DNA of 64,000 nt from contig OZ024748.1 of NCBI GenBank assembly GCA_964016885.1, positions 57,164,001 to 57,228,000 on the forward strand, in the 5' to 3' direction. The translations under genes and the position numbers were made by a program. How positions within the stretch are numbered: position 1 is the stretch's first letter; each line of letters begins with the position of its first letter. This stretch comes from Eledone cirrhosa. Lineage: Eukaryota. Below the pieces are notes generated by a model that ran no database searches, had not been told where the DNA came from, and saw only the letters and a list, made by a program, of their open reading frames with translations. This document shows, piece after piece, positions 55,889-64,000 of the stretch.

Positions 55889-56311
55889 TAATAATAACAA
55901 TAATAATAATAATAACAACAATAATAATAACGACAATAATAATGTATATATATATATACACACACGCGCACACACATAAACATATCTACACACACACACA
56001 CGATAGCGATTAACAGCGCTGCGATCGAATGTTGCTTTTTATACATACATACATACATACATACATACATACATACATACATACATACATACATACATAC
56101 GGACAGACAGACAGACGTGACACCACACTAACCCACACACACACGTATATATACGCATGAACATAATATAACTATATACAATTGCCTCCTGTGTTGTGTT
56201 CGTTCATTTTCAACTATATATATATATGTGCGTGGGTGTGTATGTGTGGGTGTGTGGGTGGGTGGGTGTGTGTGTGGGGGGGGCTGCATGTATATTTATA
56301 TGTATGAAACA

Positions 56312-56497
56312 TTCATAGGCTGACTATGAAAGAGCTATGAAATCTTGCATGTATTAATTTCAGCTCGTCTTCTTAGTAAATGCATTGTTTCTTTCCAAGG
56401 ATTTATTGAAAAATAAACCTCATTTGGTCATTCCTTGAGAGTATCCTGATAAGTCAATGAAATGTTCAGCCTATTACATTTTCGGCCGACCCTCGTA
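56312..56497. mobile_element. Mariner-like transposon end fragment
   Basis: Ends attacattttcggccgaccctcg-ta, typical of a mariner terminal repeat; the other end is not seen. Confidence 0.45.
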
Positions 56498-56864
56498 TCT
56501 ATAAAGAACACAAATGAATAGAATTAAGGAAGCATAGTATGAATTATATATGCATTGTTACACATCCTTCAAAATATACACGAGAATCACACGAGAATCA
56601 CAAAAAAACATACATATTGCCAACATTCTTAGGAGTGTATGCCCACATGTGTGTAAACTTCTTAACTTCTTGAGACATAAACAGCAGCTTACTATTAAGC
56701 ATGACTAACATTCTGTATTTTTGAAGTATTTACAAAAGACAATTCTTTCTTGAATAGGGAAAACTTTCTTTGACGAATGTATACCCGTTAATACAGACAT
56801 CCGTATAACCGTTATATACCCCATATATATTTGGGTGTATGTGCCTATGTGTCTGCATGCGTGT

Positions 56865-57040
56865 ATATATTTATGTATTTATGTACGTACATATGTATTT
56901 ATGTAAGTATGTTTGTATATATTTATGTATTTATGTACGTACATATGTATGTATGTAAGTATGTTTGTTAATATTTATGTATTTATGTACGTACATATGT
57001 ATGTATGTATGTAAGTATGTTTGTATATATTTATGTAGGT
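56865..57040. repeat. About 52-56-bp tandem repeat, 3-4 copies
   Basis: atatttatgtatttatgtacgtacatatgtatgtatgtaagtatgtttgt. Confidence 0.8.
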
Positions 57041-57229
57041 ATGTATCTATGTACGAACGTACTTATGTATGTAAGTATGTATGTATGTAGGTATGAAAGC
57101 AGGTAAATAGGTACGTAAGTACGTACGTATGTATGAATACATGTATACATATATAATTCATGTATGAAAATGCAACGAGTTTTGGGGGTCTGCAAATTGA
57201 CTCAGAAACAGGATTATATTATTAATCCC

Positions 57230-57308
<79 letters not shown>

Positions 57309-57473
57309 TACACACACTAAATTAAACGTATGTAGGTGTTGTTACAACAGATAACAGACATACGTAGCTAGATAACTCATAAATATTTTGAATATATTTA
57401 ATATTCAACATCACAGTACAGCTTATATTGTTTTGCAATAATATTATGTATTAAGTAAAAGATGAAAATGAAC

Positions 57474-57555
<82 letters not shown>

Positions 57556-58020
57556 AAAACAGAAAACTTACACACCAAACAATTCCAAAAAGGATAGCTA
57601 AAGAGATATATATAATGACAAATATATGTATATTTTTTTAAGTATAAAAACCATCATTATTTCAGAGAGAGTTTTTTTAATGTTACAAATGACTCCAGGC
57701 AATTGAACAGTGGCAAAAAAGTATAAAAATAATATCCCACAATAGTGTTAAGCATAATAAAAAATATGAAGTGCATGTTTTGTGCCATAAAGTTCAGAGC
57801 AGACTCCAGTTCACTGCATTTTTTTTAGGTTCATTGTACGCTATAGTTCACTGTATAGTGCTGTGTGGCATGGTTCATTGCTTACACATGGTTTATTAAA
57901 ATATCTCATAACTGCCAGAATGTGGAATTCGATTTGGAAATTGATGCATAACTTTGTTGTTGAGCAATATAGTGTCTTATACGCGCGTATATATACATGT
58001 GTGTGTGTATGTGTGTATGC

Positions 58021-58077
<57 letters not shown>

Positions 58078-58496
58078 CACAAATATATACAAACATACAT
58101 ACTTATATAGACATACATGCATACATAAATATACACACACATACATATGCGTACATCCAAACATACGTACATGCGTACATACATACATATATGCATACAT
58201 ACATATACACATACATACATATACACATTCCCACGTATATACATACGGAATATATACACACACATACCCACATATCTATATTTCTATGTCTATATATATA
58301 TAAATATATATATATACGTACATAATTGAATACATACACATATATGTATGTATATGTATTATATTTGTGTTATATTTTATAGATTACAATATTATAGAAA
58401 ATATGTCATATATGATAATATATTAAATATCATTCATATATATATGTATATATACACACACGCATAAATATATATATATGTATATATATATATATG

Positions 58497-58582
<86 letters not shown>

Positions 58583-58900
58583 TACCCACACACACACACA
58601 TATGTGTGTGCGCGCGCGTGTTAATATATTTTTGATGAAGTAACCATCTAATAAAAGATAATAAATATAGTATGGAATAACAAAAGGGAATAAAACAAAA
58701 GCTATTCTAGTAAGCAGCAGATGTTAAAATAACATCACTCCTTTACCCTCTGGGGTCTAACGTTCAGTGAGAAAATTCCCTTAGTCGACCAACTGTTCTT
58801 CCATATTAGGCAAGTGACAGATCAAAATTAACGCTCCGTGGAACATTTCAAGTCTATTGGTCGATTTCAAAAAAAAAGTACACGTATACTTATATATGCT

Positions 58901-58957
<57 letters not shown>

Positions 58958-59000
58958 ATATGTATATACATATATAGGTATATATATATATGTATATATG

Positions 59001-59077
<77 letters not shown>

Positions 59078-59135
59078 GTATATATATGTATATATAAATA
59101 TTATGTTTATATGTATATATATGTATATATATGTG

Positions 59136-59175
<40 letters not shown>

Positions 59176-59187
59176 TGTATATATATG

Positions 59188-59290
<103 letters not shown>

Positions 59291-59314
59291 GTATATATAT
59301 GTACATATATATAT

Positions 59315-59872
59315 ATATGGTGGCTGCCAACTCGTTTTCGAGTACGGCCACTACTTTATATCCATGTAGGAGAACCCCTACCGATGCGCTGAACGAGTGT
59401 GACATTTTAGTCCAGCCAGCGACTTGAAAACTCTGGTACAAACACTACACTTGTGACAACTATTGACACATAGTGCAGGGCCCATGGTACCATGTGACGA
59501 GGAGAAGGAAAACTCTGATATAACACCTGCAACCCTGATGGTATCCAATGATGTTGACTTGTCCTTCTTTTTGGTAAATATCATCTTGGTTAAGAGAGTG
59601 GGACTGGCTTTGTGCAGTGCCTTTGCTCACTATAAAAGCTTCACGGCACAGGCATTGCTTTATATCTGGAGATCTCTCTGCACTTGTCGTCACATGGTAC
59701 CATGGGCCCAACACTATGTGTCAATAATTGTCACAAGTGTAGTGTTTGTACCAGAGTTTTCAAGTCGCTGGCTGGACAAAAAGGTCACATTCGTTCAGCG
59801 ATTCGGTAGGGGTTCTCCTACATGGATATAATGTAGTGGCCGTACTCGAAAACGAGTTGGCAGCCACCATAT
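59315..59872. mobile_element. Head-to-head inverted pair of RTE LINE 3' ends (arms about 59315-59500 / 59687-59872)
   Basis: Arms encode a C2H2 finger [25 protein letters not shown], followed by the tail gccgtactcgaaaacgagttggcagccaccatat and (TA/TATG)n. Confidence 0.8.
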
Positions 59873-60639
59873 GTATATATATGTATGTATGTATGTATTT
59901 ATGTATATATGTATATATATATGTATTTATGTATATATATTTATATGTATGTATTTATGTATATATGTATATATGCATACATATATAATTATACATTTTC
60001 ATATATGTATATATGTGCATATATATGATACCTAAATTGTTGGGTATTAGATAATAAGCAAATTTTAACAATAAGATATGAGAGAATGGGACTGTAGGGT
60101 TCAATTTCTAAATATTCCTCAGTAAAATCTCTTTTACTGTAAAACGAACCTTGCTGACAGAAATAGCTTCCATTTTCTGTGATTCATAGCGTAGATCAAA
60201 ACTTCTAGTTCATTGCATCAAATTGCCATATTTTACCTGACTAACCAGCTCGATGTTGTATCGGATACTTGCCATTTAATCCACCTAGGGTGGCCTAACT
60301 AAAGACAGTAATATTTGATTGCTGTACAATTTAATACTTATAGAGTATCACGAGAACTATAATTTTGGTAATAATATCGGTGAGTTTTTATAAGGGATAT
60401 CGTTTTGTATCGTCATTTGAGACAGCCATATATCATCTGCATATTGCACAGCTTGTTTGATTTATAGATCACTGCTGAAATGAAAATGTAAGTACGTATC
60501 GCATATTGGACTCATTTTTGATGATGAAATGTCTTTGCAAGTGATATTTCCAAATCCAATGGATATCATATATGTCATTAAATATGAACTAGAACCGATT
60601 TCCATTAATATACTGAAATAAGTATATATATATACATAC

Positions 60640-60734
<95 letters not shown>

Positions 60735-60913
60735 TAGGTTTATAAATTTATATATTATATAAGTTTCGAATTCATCCATACATACGTGTATAATATAAAT
60801 ATATATATATATGTGTGTGTGTGTTTGTGTGAGTGAGTGTGTATATGTGTTTATATGTGTATACATATACATATCTATCTATCTATATATTTATCTATAT
60901 CTATATATATTTA

Positions 60914-60969
<56 letters not shown>

Positions 60970-61076
60970 CATATCTATCTATCTATATATTTATCTATAT
61001 CTATATATATTTATCTATATATCTATATATATTTATATATATATATATATACATATACGTATCTATCTCTCTCTCG

Positions 61077-61114
<38 letters not shown>

Positions 61115-61300
61115 TACGAGGACGATGATGGCTTATTGACTGATATATATGTATATGTGTATAAATGTGTACATTTATATGATTGCCTGATCTTGTTTCA
61201 ATATGCTTCATATATGTAATTTCCAAAATAAAGTTCTACAATGTGTACACATAAATGATTGCATTTACGAATTTATGTATATATATATATATATATATAT

Positions 61301-61445
<145 letters not shown>

Positions 61446-61716
61446 TTTGTAACTGTGTCGCTGTATGTATGTATATGTGTATCTTCTATTAAAATGTATG
61501 CATCATATTCTGTATATAGACAAATTGAAAATTAGATAGCATTGCTTATACAAATATATATACATACATATATGTATATATGTATGGGTATATATATGTA
61601 TATATGTATGGGTATATATATATATTAAAATATATATATGTATATATATATATGGGTATATATATATATATATATATGTGTGTGTATATATATATATGGG
61701 TATATATATTTTATTT

Positions 61717-61771
<55 letters not shown>

Positions 61772-61898
61772 TATATATATATATTAATTTATATATATAT
61801 ATATAAAATAAATATATATAAATATATATATATATATAAATATATATATACATATAAATATATATATATATAAATATATATATACATATAAATATATG

Positions 61899-61954
<56 letters not shown>

Positions 61955-61969
61955 CATATAAATATATAT

Positions 61970-62000
<31 letters not shown>

Positions 62001-62430
62001 AATATATATATACATATAAATATATATATATATAAATATATATATACATATAAATATATGTATATATATATAAATATATATATACATATAAATATATATA
62101 TATATAAATATATATATACATATAAATATATGTATATATATATAAATATATATACATATAAATATATGTATATATATATAAATATATATATATATAAATA
62201 TATATATAAATATATATGTATATATATATAAAGAGGAGAGATTCTGATTGTTTTTTAACTTCTCGTGTCCCTATATTTCTGCAAAGAAAAATAAGATAAG
62301 ATAAGAAGCATAAGAAACATTTCAACGATGTGTGTGTGTGTCTGTATGAGTGTGTGTATATTTATATGTATATAAAAGATATATATATATGATATATATA
62401 TATATATATAAATATATATATATATAAAAG

Positions 62431-62461
<31 letters not shown>

Positions 62462-62480
62462 AAAGATATATATATAAAAC

Positions 62481-62511
<31 letters not shown>

Positions 62512-63699
62512 AAAGATATATATATATATATATTTATATATAAAGAAGCCAGTAGTTTTATATACTTGTTGGAAATATCAATTGGTAGAATCTGAGAATT
62601 GCCTGGGGGTGATTATGTCAAGGCAAGAAGTTATGGAATCGAAATACCATAAGCTATAACAAAACATATTATATTCTTGACTTCTTTAGTCAAAGGGAAA
62701 ATAAAAATATGATATTGTTATTTGGCAAAGATATTATGTGTGTATGTGCATATGTGTATGTCTGTGTAGATATATATGTGTATAAGTGTATATATGTGGA
62801 TATATATGTGTGTATGTGTATATATATATATGTGCGTATGCATGTGTATGTGTATATATGTATATATATATGTGTGTGTGTATGTGAGCGAAAGTAGTTT
62901 GAGATAGTGGTGAGTCTATTGTGTGTGAGAGATAAGAGAAATAGAAGGTGTAATAGTGTGTGAGAGAGGGTGGAGACAGAGGAGAGAGAATACTATGTGA
63001 GTTTGAGAGGAGAAAGGATATTATGTGTGCGTGCATCTATATATGTGTGTGAAAGTGTTTGTGCATGAAAAAGAGAAAGTGGATGTGTGTGGTTGTATTT
63101 ATGCGTATGTACATGTGAGATAGGATATGTGTGAATATGTGCGTTTCTAAATGTTTGTGTATTCATGCCTAAGTTTTTGTATGCAAGCATATGCATTTAT
63201 ATGTGTGTTTTTATATGTGTGTTTTATGCTTCTATGTTTATATGTTTGTATGTGTAATCGTTATCTATTTATCGATGAGAGGACAGTAGATGCCTAGAAT
63301 CTGCCTATCACTGGACAATGTGTGTTATGGTAATTTCTTGTTAATCCTAACGATTTGTGATCAAATACATGGCGAACCACTTGAATCTAACAACATTTGG
63401 ACCAGGGAAAATCACAGAAAACAGAAATCGACCCTTATGATGAACTCCTATTTTAACATAGTGTCGCATTTTTCTTCAGACTCTGATTGTCCTCTGTATT
63501 CACTGCCTATCTATTATCTTACAGCATGGCACTTTACACACAGGCGTCATTACAGCTGACTGTTCATTCGTAGAGAGAAACCTTTTGTTTTTACCAGAGA
63601 TAGCTGTTCTCTAAATGTCTTCCATGGTATCTTTATTCTAGTTACTATGCTCTCCGAGCATTTTCCGCCACTCCATTTCGATTTATGCCATCACTTGAT

Positions 63700-63930
63700 A
63701 CTTAAGCATGAGCTTTTAGTCCTGCTAGGAACTTGCCTATGGACAGCAATGTCATGCATCGCAAAAAAAAAGTCACAAATCAAGCGATGCCTCTGCCTGA
63801 AGTTTTTTTAAGTGAGGAAAGGCTTTGCACGGGGCCAATCCTAATATCTTAATATCGAATGCATTTACCCAAAAGGTAGGGCTGATCTACATCACTCGAC
63901 GCAAACGAAGTCGCAGGTTTTATATCAGAG
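63700..63930 (+). mobile_element. Possible decayed Helitron 3' end
   Basis: Frameshifted KKSQ..QAM..VFLSEE..FARGQ resembles helicase NKSQGQ..F.HGQ; followed by gcaaacgaagtcgc hairpin-like motif. Confidence 0.3.
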
Positions 63931-64000
63931 TGATGTGTTTATGAAAACTAGGAGTCTCTCACTCCACAAAAAGAAAATACACTATTAGATGGCCGTTGAC

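Noticed and set aside
60330-60620. Minus-strand possible exon or QYADDIW RT motif
   Set aside because: Short frames with stops and no other supporting motif

Overview
AT-rich eukaryotic intergenic or intronic DNA saturated with microsatellites ((TA)n, (CA)n, (TACA)n, (GATA)n, (GAT)n, (TTA)n). The SINE families and repeat landscape suggest an octopus or other cephalopod (inference). I could not support any intact host gene; almost all ORFs in the track are translations of simple repeats. Real coding remnants are all transposon-derived: an R4/Dong-type restriction-like endonuclease 3' end in (TAA)n, a fragmented RTE LINE (APE plus RT), a Penelope-like GIY-YIG endonuclease, and an inverted pair of RTE 3' ends. 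There are also more than 12 tRNA-derived SINEs, several MITEs and a non-autonomous Helitron. The most striking signal is about 11 minimal type I hammerhead ribozyme motifs (CTGA[T/A]GA-stem II-GAAA-short palindromic stem III-cleavage site-stem I). They sit in several families of short non-coding Penelope-type units inserted in (TA)n. Many form fold-back palindromes, several apparently centred on hammerhead stem II, and one forms a retrozyme-like ~484-nt partial tandem. A convergent pair of tRNA-like Pol III units inside a palindromic element is also notable. Coordinates were read by eye and may be off by a few bases.
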